A DNA stretch of 64,000 nt from Frankiaceae bacterium (GCA_016650445.1 JAENVS010000017.1:8076-72075), one strand, 5' to 3'. Counted from the stretch's first letter, positions 48,182 to 57,972 are shown. Numbers and translations are program-made. Notes: generated from the sequence alone by a model not told the origin.

Positions 48182-48598
48182 ATGAACATCACGGGTAGAG
48201 ACCTCCTCGGCGGACCACCTCCAACGCTCCTGCCGGAGGAGCCGGGCGCGGTGCTCCTGGCCGCCGGCGCGGACGCCAGCGAGGTCGCGGCCAAGCACCC
48301 GACGTCGAGCGCCGCGTGGGCTGCGCTCGCCGATGCGGCGTACGACCGCGGTGCCGTCATCGAGTCCTACGCCTACGCCCGCACCGGCTACCACCGCGGG
48401 CTCGACGCTCTGCGCCGCAACGGCTGGAAGGGCTTCGGCCCCATCCCGTGGGCGCACCAGCCGAACCAGGGTTTCCTGCGGGCGCTCTACGCGCTCGGCC
48501 GCGCGGCCGACACGATCGAGGAGGCCGAGGAGGCGCAGCGGATCGCGACGTTCCTCGACGACAGCGATCCGGCCGCGCGTACCGCTCTGCAGGCCTAG
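48182..48598 (+). CDS. conserved hypothetical protein (DUF3151-like)
   Basis: 138 aa from ATG 48182. AWAALADAAYDRGAVIESYAYARTGYHRGLDALRRNGWKG is typical of the actinobacterial family found near fba and purA (from memory). Confidence 0.65.
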   Translation: MNITGRDLLGGPPPTLLPEEPGAVLLAAGADASEVAAKHPTSSAAWAALADAAYDRGAVIESYAYARTGYHRGLDALRRNGWKGFGPIPWAHQPNQGFLRALYALGRAADTIEEAEEAQRIATFLDDSDPAARTALQA

Positions 48599-48620
48599 AG
48601 CTGTCAGCGCCAGCGCGCTG

Positions 48621-48674
48621 ATCTCGGAGCAACCGGGCCGGCGCACCGGCGTGTTGTCCCGGTGTCTCCGAGAT
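48621..48674. terminator. long hairpin between convergent genes (ATCTCGGAG ... CTCCGAGAT)
   Basis: 9-bp perfect arms at 48621-48629 and 48666-48674, with additional internal pairing (CCGGG...CCCGG). Confidence 0.4.
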
Positions 48675-48689
48675 GACGCTCGTCAGTCG

Positions 48690-49187
48690 TCAGTCGGGCA
48701 CCCCGGTCGAGCCCTCCGGCGGCACGATCACCTTCGCCGCCGGTCGCCGGCGACCGAGCAGCGCGGCACCGGGCAGGCCGGCGAGAGTGCGGCTGGTCTC
48801 GTCGACGAACGTCATGATCCGTTCGGTCGACCCGGCGATGAAGGCGACCCGCTCATGCGTGTCGGCGAGCGTGCGCAGCACCGGCAGGATGTCGGCCTGC
48901 ACCTGCTGCAGCGTCGCGGGGATCTCGTCGACGCCGGGGCTGTCGAGGATGGCGGCCAGCCGGGTCATGCCGGGGGCGAGCGCCTTCAGTGGCTCTTCGA
49001 GCTCGGTGACGATGCCGTCGATCCGGGTGACCATGCGGTTCATCGTCTGCACCGTCTCGGCGAGCCCGCGCACCGCCGTCGTCAGTGACGTCACGGTCGC
49101 CGGCAGTGCGGCGAGCGCCTCGGTCTGTGCCTGCAGCAGTCCCATGACGCTGCCGAACACGCCGTCGATGCCGGGAAGCTTCGCCAT
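48690..49187 (-). CDS. hypothetical helical protein
   Basis: 165-aa ORF with codon usage consistent with coding and no recognisable motif. Confidence 0.5.
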   Translation of the reverse strand: MAKLPGIDGVFGSVMGLLQAQTEALAALPATVTSLTTAVRGLAETVQTMNRMVTRIDGIVTELEEPLKALAPGMTRLAAILDSPGVDEIPATLQQVQADILPVLRTLADTHERVAFIAGSTERIMTFVDETSRTLAGLPGAALLGRRRPAAKVIVPPEGSTGVPD

Positions 49188-49280
49188 ACGGGCGAGACTA
49201 GGGCGAGACGGCTAGACTTGCTCCGCAAGAGGCCCTGCTGCGTCCTGCACAGGGTCCTTCGTCTGTTCTGGAGGGCTGAG

Positions 49281-50564
49281 ATGCCCGCACTTGTGCTGAT
49301 CGGCGCCCAGTGGGGCGACGAGGGCAAAGGCAAGGCGACCGACCAGCTCGGTGGCTCCGTCGACTACGTCGTGAAGTTCAACGGCGGCAACAACGCCGGC
49401 CACACGGTCGTCATCGGCGACGAGACCTACGCTCTGCACCTGCTTCCCAGCGGCATCCTCAGCCCGGGGTGCACGCCCGTCATCGGCAACGGGGTCGTCG
49501 TCGACCTTGCGGTGCTGTTCCAGGAGATCGATGACCTCGAGGCCCGCGGGTTCAGCTGCGAGCGCCTCGTGATCAGTGCCGACGCCCACATCATCGCGTC
49601 CTACAACCGCACGCTCGATCGGGTTGCGGAGCGGTTCCTCGGCAACCGCAAGATCGGTACGACGGGACGGGGCATCGGGCCGACGTACGCCGACAAGATG
49701 AACCGGATCGGCATCCGCGTGCAGGACCTGTTCGACGAGAACATCCTGCGCCAGAAGGTCGCCGGCGCCCTCGACCTCAAGAACCAGCTCCTCGTGAAGG
49801 TCTACAACCGCAAGGCCGTCACGGTGGAGGCCGTGGTCGAGGAGCTGCTGTCGTACGCCGACCGGCTCCGGCCGATGGTCGTCGACTCGGCGCTGCTGCT
49901 CAACCAGGCCCTCGACCGCGGCGAGACCGTGCTCCTCGAGGGCGGCCAGGCAACGCTGCTCGACGTCGACCACGGCACCTATCCCTTCGTGACCTCCAGC
50001 AGCGCGACCGCCGGCGGTGCCTGCACCGGCTCGGGGATCCCGCCGAACCGCGTCGACAAGGTGATCGCGGTCATCAAGGCCTACACGACGCGGGTCGGCG
50101 AGGGCCCGTTCCCGACCGAGCTGCTCGACGCCGACGGCGAGAAGCTGCGCGCCGACGGCGGTGAGTACGGCACGACGACCGGACGCCCGCGCCGGTGCGG
50201 CTGGTACGACTCCGTCATCGCGCGCTACGCGGCGCGCATCAACGGGGTGACCGACTTCGTGCTGACCAAGCTCGACGTACTGACCGGGTGGGAGTCGATC
50301 CCGGTCTGCGTCGCCTACGAGGTCGACGGCAAGCGGCTCGACGAGATGCCGATGACGCAGACGGAGTTCCACCACGCCGTACCCGTGTACGAGTTCTTCG
50401 ACGGCTGGACCGAGGACATCTCGCAGGCCCGCACCTTCAGCGACCTGCCGAAGAACGCGCAGGACTACGTCCGGGCGCTCGAGCAGCTGAGCGGTGCGCC
50501 GTTCAGCTCGATCGGAGTGGGACCGGACCGGGTTCAGACCCTGGAGCTGCGTCCCTTGCTCTGA
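49281..50564 (+). CDS. purA: adenylosuccinate synthetase
   Basis: 427 aa from ATG 49281. Contains [20 protein letters not shown] and TKLDVL. Confidence 0.97.
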   Translation: MPALVLIGAQWGDEGKGKATDQLGGSVDYVVKFNGGNNAGHTVVIGDETYALHLLPSGILSPGCTPVIGNGVVVDLAVLFQEIDDLEARGFSCERLVISADAHIIASYNRTLDRVAERFLGNRKIGTTGRGIGPTYADKMNRIGIRVQDLFDENILRQKVAGALDLKNQLLVKVYNRKAVTVEAVVEELLSYADRLRPMVVDSALLLNQALDRGETVLLEGGQATLLDVDHGTYPFVTSSSATAGGACTGSGIPPNRVDKVIAVIKAYTTRVGEGPFPTELLDADGEKLRADGGEYGTTTGRPRRCGWYDSVIARYAARINGVTDFVLTKLDVLTGWESIPVCVAYEVDGKRLDEMPMTQTEFHHAVPVYEFFDGWTEDISQARTFSDLPKNAQDYVRALEQLSGAPFSSIGVGPDRVQTLELRPLL

Positions 50565-51441
50565 GGGCCCGTGCCCTCGCCACGGCCAGCCGCAGATGCG
50601 CAGCGGGCACGAACGCCAGGTAGCTGCTGATCACCGCGAACGAGAACCAGCCGATGAGCAGCGACGCCTCGATCCCGAGGTGCAGGCCCACACCCGCGGC
50701 GATCACCCAGTAGCGGAGCCGGGGCAGCCACAGGGCGAACGCCAGGGCCGCCTCGACGACGAGCGAGGAGTAGGTCAGCACCGCCGACACGAACACCGAC
50801 GTCGCCAGCACCTCGGGCATCGCGAAGCGCTGCAGGTCCTCGAGCTGAAGCGCGATGCCCACGGCCGTGCCGTCGTTCCAGTCGGTCCCGCGCACCTTCG
50901 CCCAGACCGAGAACAGGTAGATCGCGCTGACCTGCATCTGCACCAGCCGCAGGGCCCACGGCGCGCGTAGCCGCTCCGGCTTGCCCTGCTTGGCTCGACG
51001 GCGCGCGTCGAGCGACCAGGTCTCGCCGGCCGGCATGAGCATGACGAAGAACGCGAGCTCGCGCAGCAGCAGGTCGCCCGAGTTGAGGATCCACGGGTCG
51101 CGCCGCTGCACGGCCAGCAGCAGGACCGCCGCCACGACTGATGCGACACGGGTGCGCCAGCCCACGACGAGGGCCACGCCCGCAGCGAGCAGCACCCCGA
51201 GCACGAGGTACGGCGGCCCGAGCTGCACGACCCACGCGCCGCTGTCGTAGGTCGGGAGGTCGCGCTGGACGCCGGACCGGCCGAGGAAGGTCTCGGCGTC
51301 GGGCAGCAGCGACAGGGTCCAGCCGATCGTGAGCAGGCCGACCGCGATCCGGAGCGCGGCCATCGGCGCGGTGTCGGCAGGCGCGAAGGCCCATCGCGAC
51401 CAACCGTCCCAGGGCCGACGGACGAGGTCGAGCCGGCTCAC
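50503..51441 (-). CDS. HTTM-domain (vitamin-K-dependent gamma-carboxylase-like) polytopic membrane protein
   Basis: 312 aa. The N-terminal block ([22 protein letters not shown]) and multiple TM helices fit the HTTM horizontally-transferred-TM domain. Its 3' end overlaps purA by 62 nt (convergent). Confidence 0.65.
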   Translation of the reverse strand: MSRLDLVRRPWDGWSRWAFAPADTAPMAALRIAVGLLTIGWTLSLLPDAETFLGRSGVQRDLPTYDSGAWVVQLGPPYLVLGVLLAAGVALVVGWRTRVASVVAAVLLLAVQRRDPWILNSGDLLLRELAFFVMLMPAGETWSLDARRRAKQGKPERLRAPWALRLVQMQVSAIYLFSVWAKVRGTDWNDGTAVGIALQLEDLQRFAMPEVLATSVFVSAVLTYSSLVVEAALAFALWLPRLRYWVIAAGVGLHLGIEASLLIGWFSFAVISSYLAFVPAAHLRLAVARARALRARDAAPGSEPGPVPLRSS

Positions 51442-51944
51442 GACAGGTCCAGCGTGTAGAAGGAGAACTCGCCGCGGTCGCCGCGCTTCTCACCGCTGCC
51501 GGGGATCACGGCGTCTCGGAAGGTGCGGACGAGCTCGACCTTCCGAACGCCCGAACCTGCCTCCTGCGCGATCCAGCGGGCCGTTGGCTCCCACAGGCCC
51601 TGGTAGTCGTCGGCACGGAGTCGCTCGACGTACTTCTGCCACCGGTAGCTGCGGTACGGCAGCAGCAGGTGGCCGTTGTGCGGCGGCACCCGGATCCGGG
51701 TGCGGCCGTCGGCGTACGTGATCCGCGCGTAGACGCCGACCGAGAAGGCGCGGGGGTCGGGTGCGAACAGCGCCCAGTCCTGGTCGAGCCCGATCGGGTA
51801 GATCACATGTGCCGCGGCCGGTCGCACGGCGTCACGCGGCCGGCCCGGCGGCATGTTCCACACCAGCACGGCGGCCACGAGCACCGCGGTGATCGCCGTC
51901 ATCAGCACCCGCCCGGCGACGCTCGCCTCGAATCGCTCGCCCAC
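51438..51944 (-). CDS. hypothetical N-anchored protein, usual partner of HTTM proteins (DUF5819-like)
   Basis: 168 aa with a GTG start. Contains LDQDWALFAPDP and YRWQKY. The stop overlaps the HTTM start (GTGA). The family name is from memory. Confidence 0.6.
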   Translation of the reverse strand: MGERFEASVAGRVLMTAITAVLVAAVLVWNMPPGRPRDAVRPAAAHVIYPIGLDQDWALFAPDPRAFSVGVYARITYADGRTRIRVPPHNGHLLLPYRSYRWQKYVERLRADDYQGLWEPTARWIAQEAGSGVRKVELVRTFRDAVIPGSGEKRGDRGEFSFYTLDLS

Positions 51945-51960
51945 GGGGCGCAGTCTGCCG

Positions 51961-52485
51961 CTACTCGGGCGGTCCGAAGGGGAAGGTGGCCCGTTCCGAC
52001 CACGTGCCGTGCTCGTCCTGCACCCAGAGCGACGCGCTGGCGGCGACGATGTCGAACGGCAGGCCGGGGCTCACGGCGTCGGCTGCCGACTGCCGCAGCG
52101 CGCGGTCGTCGGTCTGCACGATGGTCAGGTGCGGGACCAGCTCGTCGACCGGGATCTCACCGGAGTACGGCGGGCACTCCGGCCACCGCCGGGCGACCGC
52201 CCGGGTCAGCTCGACGAGGGCATCGCTGGCCGGCTCGATCCAGACGACCCCCGCGTTCTCGAAGCGCTGCACCCGGGTGAACCGGACCCCGAAGGCGTCC
52301 ACCCCTGCGAAGAACCAGCCGAGCTCGGCCAGCACGCCGTCGTCGACGGACGCCACCGGCAGGAACGGGTAGAGCAGCGTCACGTGCGCGGGCACGCCGT
52401 GCGCGGCCGACGGGTCGCCCTGAAGCCGCCACTCGTGCACGAGCGGCTCGGCCTCCGGCACGCAGAGCAGGATCGCGGTCTCCAC
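51961..52485 (-). CDS. 2H phosphoesterase / 2'-5' RNA ligase (LigT)-like protein
   Basis: 174 aa from GTG 52485. Two H-x-T/S-x motifs (HVTL and HLTI). The listed 384-aa ORF continues upstream, antisense to purD, and is not credible there. Confidence 0.65.
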   Translation of the reverse strand: METAILLCVPEAEPLVHEWRLQGDPSAAHGVPAHVTLLYPFLPVASVDDGVLAELGWFFAGVDAFGVRFTRVQRFENAGVVWIEPASDALVELTRAVARRWPECPPYSGEIPVDELVPHLTIVQTDDRALRQSAADAVSPGLPFDIVAASASLWVQDEHGTWSERATFPFGPPE

Positions 52486-52534
52486 GGTGGCTCCCCTCTC
52501 GACGCTCGTGCAGCGCACGCTAGCGTCGGGCGAC

Positions 52535-53803
52535 GTGAAGGTTCTGGTGGTGGGCTCCGGCGGCCGCGAGCACGCCCTGGTGCAGGCGCTCTCACGCGAC
52601 CCTGCCGTCACCGCGCTGGTCTGCGCGCCGGGCAACGCCGGCATCGCCGCGACGGTGCAGGTGCGTCCGGTCGACCCGCTCGATGCCGCCGCGGTCGTCG
52701 ACCTCGCCCAGGACCTGGCAGCCGATCTGGTCGTCATCGGCCCGGAGGCCCCGCTGGTCGCTGGGGTCGCGGATGCCCTGAGGGACAAGGGCTTTGTCGT
52801 CTTCGGACCTTCGGCGGCTGCCGCGCAGATCGAGGGCAGCAAGTCGTTCGCGAAGGACGTGATGCGCGACGCCGGCGTACCGACCGCGGCCGCGATGGTC
52901 TTCGACGACGACAACGACTGCGCGGCGTACCTCGCCGGAGCCGCTCCGCCGTACGTCGTGAAGGCCGACGGCTTGGCCGCCGGCAAGGGCGTGCACGTCG
53001 GCACCGACCTCGCGCGGGCGGTCGACTTCGCCCGCGACGTCCTCACGACCCTCGGCGGCCGGGTGGTCGTCGAGGAGTTCCTGTCCGGGCCCGAGGTCTC
53101 GCTGTTCGCGCTCACCGACGGCGTGACCGTGCTGCCGCTGCTGCCGGCTCAGGACTTCAAGCGCGTGTACGACCGCGACGAGGGTCCGAACACGGGCGGG
53201 ATGGGTGCCTATGCACCGTTGCCGTGGTTGCCGGACGGCGCCGTGGACGACATCGCCGCACGGGTCCTGGAGCCGGTCGTCGACGAGATGCGACGCAGAG
53301 GTACGCCGTTCAGCGGGCTGCTCTACGCCGGCCTCGCGATGACCCCGGATGGGCCGTCCGTCATCGAGTTCAACTGCCGCTTCGGCGACCCGGAGACGCA
53401 GTCGGTCCTCGCGCTGCTGGAGACACCGCTCGCCGCGCTGCTGCACGCGTGCGCGACCGGCGCGCTGGCGCAGGCACCCGCGTTGGTGTGGAAGGACGGC
53501 GCGGCCGTGACCGTGGTCGTCGCGGCCGACGGCTACCCCGACGCGCCCGTCACAGGAGACGAGGTGCTCGTCGGAGCGGTGCCGGACGGCGTCACCGTCC
53601 AGCACGCCGGGACCAGCCTCGTCGACGGGCGCGTCGTCAGCAGCGGCGGCCGCGTGCTTGCCGTCACGGCGGTTGCGGCGGACCTTGCGGGCGCGCGGAA
53701 AATGGCCTACGAGGGGCTCGCGTCGGTGACCCTTCGAGGAGCACACTCGAGGTCGGACGTCGCGCTGCGCGCCGTCCGGGGGGAGGTGCAGCTCGATGGG
53801 TGA
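52535..53803 (+). CDS. purD: phosphoribosylamine-glycine ligase
   Basis: GTG 52535 gives VKVLVVGSGGREHAL. ATP-grasp core with NCRFGDPE. Confidence 0.95.
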   Translation: MKVLVVGSGGREHALVQALSRDPAVTALVCAPGNAGIAATVQVRPVDPLDAAAVVDLAQDLAADLVVIGPEAPLVAGVADALRDKGFVVFGPSAAAAQIEGSKSFAKDVMRDAGVPTAAAMVFDDDNDCAAYLAGAAPPYVVKADGLAAGKGVHVGTDLARAVDFARDVLTTLGGRVVVEEFLSGPEVSLFALTDGVTVLPLLPAQDFKRVYDRDEGPNTGGMGAYAPLPWLPDGAVDDIAARVLEPVVDEMRRRGTPFSGLLYAGLAMTPDGPSVIEFNCRFGDPETQSVLALLETPLAALLHACATGALAQAPALVWKDGAAVTVVVAADGYPDAPVTGDEVLVGAVPDGVTVQHAGTSLVDGRVVSSGGRVLAVTAVAADLAGARKMAYEGLASVTLRGAHSRSDVALRAVRGEVQLDG

Positions 53804-54290
53804 TCCCGTGTTCGACGGTGACGGTCGCGAACCCCGCGTCGCGGTCATCTACAGCAGCCCCGCAGACCACGACACGATGTCGCAGGCCGGCGCGCTGCTG
53901 TCGCGCTTCGGTGTGGCGTACGACGAGCACTCGCTCTCTCCGCACCGTGCGCCCCGGGCGCTCGCCGACTGGATGGCCGAGCTCGAGCCGCGCGGCATCG
54001 AGGTGGTCATCGCCGGGTCGAGCGGCTCGGCAGCACTGGCCGGCATCGTCGCGGCGCACACGACCCTGCCCGTCATCGGCGTACCGCTGTCGACCGGCGG
54101 TCTCGATGGCCGTGATGCGCTGCTCGGCCTCACGCAGCTGCCACCGGGGGTCCCCGTGGCGGCGGTGGGCATCGACAACGCGATGAACGCCGCGGTGCTC
54201 GCCGTCCAGGTGCTGGCCGTCGCCGATCCGCTGCTGCGCACCCGGCTGTGGCGCTTCAAGGACGACTTCGAGAAAGCCGCCCGCCACTAG
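53796..54290 (+). CDS. PurE (AIR carboxylase / N5-CAIR mutase) family protein, divergent
   Basis: 164 aa. RVAVIYSSPADHDTM, SLSPHRAP, VIAGSSGSAALAGIVAA and PVIGVPL align with the PurE blocks GSKSD, SAHRTP, AGGAAHLPGM and PVIGVP, but with substitutions. Confidence 0.6.
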   Translation: MGDPVFDGDGREPRVAVIYSSPADHDTMSQAGALLSRFGVAYDEHSLSPHRAPRALADWMAELEPRGIEVVIAGSSGSAALAGIVAAHTTLPVIGVPLSTGGLDGRDALLGLTQLPPGVPVAAVGIDNAMNAAVLAVQVLAVADPLLRTRLWRFKDDFEKAARH

Positions 54291-54411
54291 GTCCAACTGC
54301 TCCTCCCTCCAAACGATCACCGCCGTTTCGCACGCTCACGCCGGATGCTGAGGCGGCAGTGATCATTTGCGGGGCGGTCTGGGAGACTGGGTCCCTACCC
54401 GGGGAGACGAC

Positions 54412-55719
54412 GTGATCGAGCGCTACACCCTGCCCGAGATGGGCCGGGTCTGGAGCGAGGCCCACAAGTACGAGCTGTGGTGCCAGGTCGAGGTGCTCGT
54501 CCTGGAGGCGCACGCCGCCGCCGGCGTCGTGCCGGCCGACTCCGTGGAACCGGTTCGGCTGGCATCGCCGCCCACGCCCGAGGCGGTCGCCGAGATCGAA
54601 GCGGTCACGCAGCACGACGTGATCGCGTTCCTGTCGGCCTGGGCCGACAACACCGACCCGCGCGAGGCGGCGGCGTACGTGCACTTCGGGATGACGTCGT
54701 CCGACCTGCTCGACACCGCCCTCGCGCTGCAGCTCGTCGAGGCGACCGACATCCTGCTGGCGAAGGCAGACGGTCTCGTCGCGGCGTTGCGTGACCTCGG
54801 CCTCGCGCACAAGGACAGCGTCCGGGTCGGAAGGACGCACGGCATCCACGCGGAGCCGACGACATGGGGGCACCGGGTCGCCGACATCGCCTTCGCGATG
54901 GCACGGTCGCGGGACCGGTTGAAGCGGGCGCGCGACGCGGTTGCCGTCGCGAAGATCAGCGGTGCAGTGGGGACCTACAGCAACATCGATCCCGCCGTCG
55001 AGCAGACCGTCGCGGCGCGACTGGGACTCACGCCGGCGCCCGCGGCGACGCAGGTCGTGATTCGCGACGGCATCAGCGAGTGGGTGTCGGCGCTGGCGGT
55101 CATCGCCACCGTGTGCGAGGCGTTCGCGCTCGAGGTGCGGCACGGCCAGCGCACCGAGGTGCGTGAGCTGTGGGAGCCGTTCGGCAAGGGCCAGAAGGGC
55201 TCGTCGGCCATGCCGCACAAGAAGAACCCCATCGTGTCCGAGCGGATCGCGGGGCTCGCGCGCATCGTGCGGGCCCAGGTCGTGCCGGTGATGGAAGGCA
55301 TCCCGCTCTGGCACGAGCGCGACATCAGCCACTCGTCGACCGAGCGGATCGCGCTGCCCGATGCCGCTGTCGGCACCGACTACCTGCTGCATCTCACGAC
55401 CCGGCTGGCGACAGGTCTCGTCGTCGACGTCGACCGGATGCGGGCCAACCTCGAGTCGTCCGGCGGGCTGATCTACACGAGCACGGTGCTGCTCGAGCTG
55501 GTCGAGGGCGGGCTTTCCCGTGAGGACGCCTACGCCTTCGTGCAGGCCGCCGCGATGCGGACGTGGGAGACGGGCATCCCCTTCCGGGAGACGCTGACCG
55601 CGCACGCGAAGGAGGCCGGCACCGAGCTCGACGAGGCACGGCTCGACGAGGTCTGCCGCCCCGAGAGGTACCTGGAGCGCCTCGCCCCCGTCTTCGAGCG
55701 GCTCGCGGCGCTGTCGTAG
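54412..55719 (+). CDS. purB: adenylosuccinate lyase
   Basis: GTG 54412 (VIERYTLPEM) is preceded by GGGGAGA. The fumarate-lyase signature is GSSAMPHKKNP. Confidence 0.95.
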   Translation: MIERYTLPEMGRVWSEAHKYELWCQVEVLVLEAHAAAGVVPADSVEPVRLASPPTPEAVAEIEAVTQHDVIAFLSAWADNTDPREAAAYVHFGMTSSDLLDTALALQLVEATDILLAKADGLVAALRDLGLAHKDSVRVGRTHGIHAEPTTWGHRVADIAFAMARSRDRLKRARDAVAVAKISGAVGTYSNIDPAVEQTVAARLGLTPAPAATQVVIRDGISEWVSALAVIATVCEAFALEVRHGQRTEVRELWEPFGKGQKGSSAMPHKKNPIVSERIAGLARIVRAQVVPVMEGIPLWHERDISHSSTERIALPDAAVGTDYLLHLTTRLATGLVVDVDRMRANLESSGGLIYTSTVLLELVEGGLSREDAYAFVQAAAMRTWETGIPFRETLTAHAKEAGTELDEARLDEVCRPERYLERLAPVFERLAALS

Positions 55720-55762
55720 GACTACTCAGGTCCGGGGCAGCAAGGATGCCGAGACTGCAGGC

Positions 55763-56146
55763 ATGACCTCGCCCTATGTCACCTTCGCCCAGCCCCAGCC
55801 CCAGCCGCAGCCGCAGCCGCAGCCGCAGCCCTCGCCGTCGACCCGGCCGAGCTCCGCGTGGCCCGTCGTCCGTGCGGTCCTGGCCGTGTTCGCGATCGTC
55901 GGCTGCATCCCGCTGGCGCTGCTCGCCGCCTTCGTCTCGGCGGTGACCTGGAGCGGCTGCTTCCTGTCCTGCACCGGCACCAACCACGCCGGCGGTGCGG
56001 CCCTCGCCCTGCTGGCCGTCGCACTCCTTGCCGCCGGACCGCTGACCACCGCGGCCCTCTACCGCAGCCGGCGATGGGTGCAGGTCGCTGCCGGCACGGC
56101 CGCGGTCGGCGTCGTCCTGATGGGGCTGGTGCTCAGCTCGGCGTGA
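55763..56146 (+). CDS. small polytopic membrane protein with an N-terminal (Gln-Pro)7 repeat
   Basis: 127 aa: MTSPYVTFA(QP)7SPS followed by 3-4 hydrophobic helices. Confidence 0.55.
   Translation: MTSPYVTFAQPQPQPQPQPQPQPSPSTRPSSAWPVVRAVLAVFAIVGCIPLALLAAFVSAVTWSGCFLSCTGTNHAGGAALALLAVALLAAGPLTTAALYRSRRWVQVAAGTAAVGVVLMGLVLSSA
55790..55831 (+). repeat. hexanucleotide microsatellite (CAGCCS)x7
   Basis: Direct reading gives CAGCCC x2, CAGCCG x4, CAGCCC x1. It is in frame and encodes (QP)7. Confidence 0.95.
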
Positions 56147-56158
56147 AAGACTGAGGGG

Positions 56159-57052
56159 GTGCCGATACCCCTCCCGCTGATCGCCCGAGGCAAGGTCCGA
56201 GACGTGTACGCCGTCGACGACGAGCACGTCCTGCTCGTCGCGAGCGACCGCCTGTCGGCGTACGACGTCATCCTGCCGACCGGCGTCCCGGACAAGGGCG
56301 CAGTGCTGACTGGACTCTCCGTCTGGTGGTTCGAGCAGCTCGCCGACGTCGTACCGCATCACCTCGTGACCGCCCGGGTCAGCGAGATGCCGGCCGCGCT
56401 GCACGCGCACGCCGATGAGCTCCGCGGCCGCTCCATGCTGTGCCGCCGGCTCGACATGCTCTCGGTGGAGTGCGTGGCCCGCGGCTACCTCAGTGGCTCC
56501 GGGCTCGTCGACTACGGCCGGACCGGCCGCGTCTGCGGCGTCGCGCTGCCGCCCGGCTTGGTCGAGGGATCGCAGCTGCCGGAGCCGATCTTCACACCGA
56601 CGACCAAGGCGCCGGTGGGTGAGCACGACCTGCCGATCACCTACGAGCAGGTCGTCGATCAGCTCGGGGCAGACCTCGCCGCCGAGGTCCGCGAGGCGAC
56701 CCTCGCGATCTACCAGCACGGCGCGGCCGTCGCGGAGAAGGCAGGGATCCTGCTCGCCGACACGAAGGTCGAGCTGGGGCACGGCCCGGCCGGCCTGACC
56801 CTCGGCGACGAGGTGCTGACCCCGGACTCGTCGCGGTTCTGGCCCGCCGACTCCTGGGCGCCGGGCGGGCCGCAGCCGTCGTACGACAAGCAGTACGTCC
56901 GTGACTGGCTGACGGAGTCGGGCTGGGACAGGACGCCGCCCGGTCCCGAGCTCCCGGACGAGGTGGTCACGCGCACCCGCGCGAAGTACGTGGACGCGTA
57001 TGAGCAGCTGACGGGGTCGTCGTTCGACTCCTGGCTGCGCGACTCCGCCTGA
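56159..57052 (+). CDS. purC: phosphoribosylaminoimidazole-succinocarboxamide (SAICAR) synthase
   Basis: 297 aa with a GTG start. Contains RGKVRDVY, LLVASDRLSAYD and LADTKVELG. Confidence 0.93.
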   Translation: MPIPLPLIARGKVRDVYAVDDEHVLLVASDRLSAYDVILPTGVPDKGAVLTGLSVWWFEQLADVVPHHLVTARVSEMPAALHAHADELRGRSMLCRRLDMLSVECVARGYLSGSGLVDYGRTGRVCGVALPPGLVEGSQLPEPIFTPTTKAPVGEHDLPITYEQVVDQLGADLAAEVREATLAIYQHGAAVAEKAGILLADTKVELGHGPAGLTLGDEVLTPDSSRFWPADSWAPGGPQPSYDKQYVRDWLTESGWDRTPPGPELPDEVVTRTRAKYVDAYEQLTGSSFDSWLRDSA

Positions 57053-57178
57053 CTTGCGACGATATGCGGTAGATCGGCACGCGACTTTCGTACTGCGATC
57101 GCCTGTGGTGCAGGTGGAGCCTTCGCCGTGGCGAACCCATGGGCAACCGACACCCCAGCAGTCGCCCGGAGGAAACCC

Positions 57179-57685
57179 GTGAAGATCCGCCACACCCTGC
57201 CCGTGGCCCTGACCCTCGTGGTGGCCGGCGGCTCGCTCGCCCCGGCCCTGGCCGCGAAGGCCAAGCCGAAGCCCATCACCGCGTCGTACGTCGCCGAGGG
57301 TGTCCCGGTCCCGTCGCCCCTGCTCGGACCGCCGGCACCCGAGGACGCGAACAGCTGCATCAACCCCGACCTCGAGGGCGTCAGCACCACCACCAAGACC
57401 ATCAAGACCACCGGCGCGGGCACGCTCGTCGTCGGACTGACCGGCTTCGCGGGCGACTGGGACATCACCGTCGTCGACGGCGACGGCGACGTCCTCGGTG
57501 TCGGTGAAGGTACGACGACCGGCGGAGAGGTCCCCGTCGTCGGCGGTGGCAACGGGTCCCTCGGCGCGGACAACACCGAGAAGCTCGAGCTCAAGCTGAA
57601 GAGGGCCGCGACGCTGACGATCGGCGTCTGCAACTTCCTCGGCGGGCCGTCGGCCAACGCCAAGTACACGTTCACGTACAAGTAG
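57179..57685 (+). CDS. secreted hypothetical protein (beta-rich, pre-peptidase-C-terminal-like?)
   Basis: GTG 57179 is preceded by GGAGGAAA. Signal is VKIRHTLPVALTLVVAGGSLAPALAA. The domain guess is weak. Confidence 0.5.
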   Translation: MKIRHTLPVALTLVVAGGSLAPALAAKAKPKPITASYVAEGVPVPSPLLGPPAPEDANSCINPDLEGVSTTTKTIKTTGAGTLVVGLTGFAGDWDITVVDGDGDVLGVGEGTTTGGEVPVVGGGNGSLGADNTEKLELKLKRAATLTIGVCNFLGGPSANAKYTFTYK

Positions 57686-57723
57686 CCCGGCCCGCGGCAC
57701 ACCGGCAGCGCTAGCCTGCCGGT

Positions 57724-57972
57724 GTGGCTGCCGTGAAGATCGTCGTTGACGTGATGCTCAAGCCGGAGATCCTGGATCCCCAGGGGCAGGCGGTCTCCAA
57801 CGCCCTGCCCAGCCTGGGGTTCGCACCGGCGAGCAGCTTGCGCATCGGCAAGCACGTCGAGCTCGAGCTCGAGGCGTCCGACGAGCAGGCGGCACTCGAG
57901 CAGGCCGAGAAGATGGCCGAGACGCTGCTCGCCAATCCGGTCATCGAGGACTACACGGTCCGGCTGGCCTAG
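57724..57972 (+). CDS. purS: phosphoribosylformylglycinamidine synthase subunit PurS
   Basis: 82 aa. KIVVDVMLKPEILDPQGQAV...IGKHVELEL is a typical PurS. Confidence 0.9.
   Translation: MAAVKIVVDVMLKPEILDPQGQAVSNALPSLGFAPASSLRIGKHVELELEASDEQAALEQAEKMAETLLANPVIEDYTVRLA

Noticed and set aside
52486-53115. Upstream two-thirds of the 384-aa minus ORF 51961..53115
   Set aside because: It is antisense to purD. Only the C-terminal 174 aa (from GTG 52485) carry the 2H phosphoesterase motifs.
55790-55831. Hexamer repeat as a CRISPR array or an on/off phase-variation switch
   Set aside because: There are no spacers, so it is a pure microsatellite. The unit length is a multiple of 3, so slippage cannot shift the frame.
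55394-57700. 768-aa minus-strand ORF over purB 3' end, purC and neighbours; likewise 61425..63287 over purL and the acyl-CoA synthetase
   Set aside because: These are antisense to genes with clear catalytic motifs, and their translations are low complexity.
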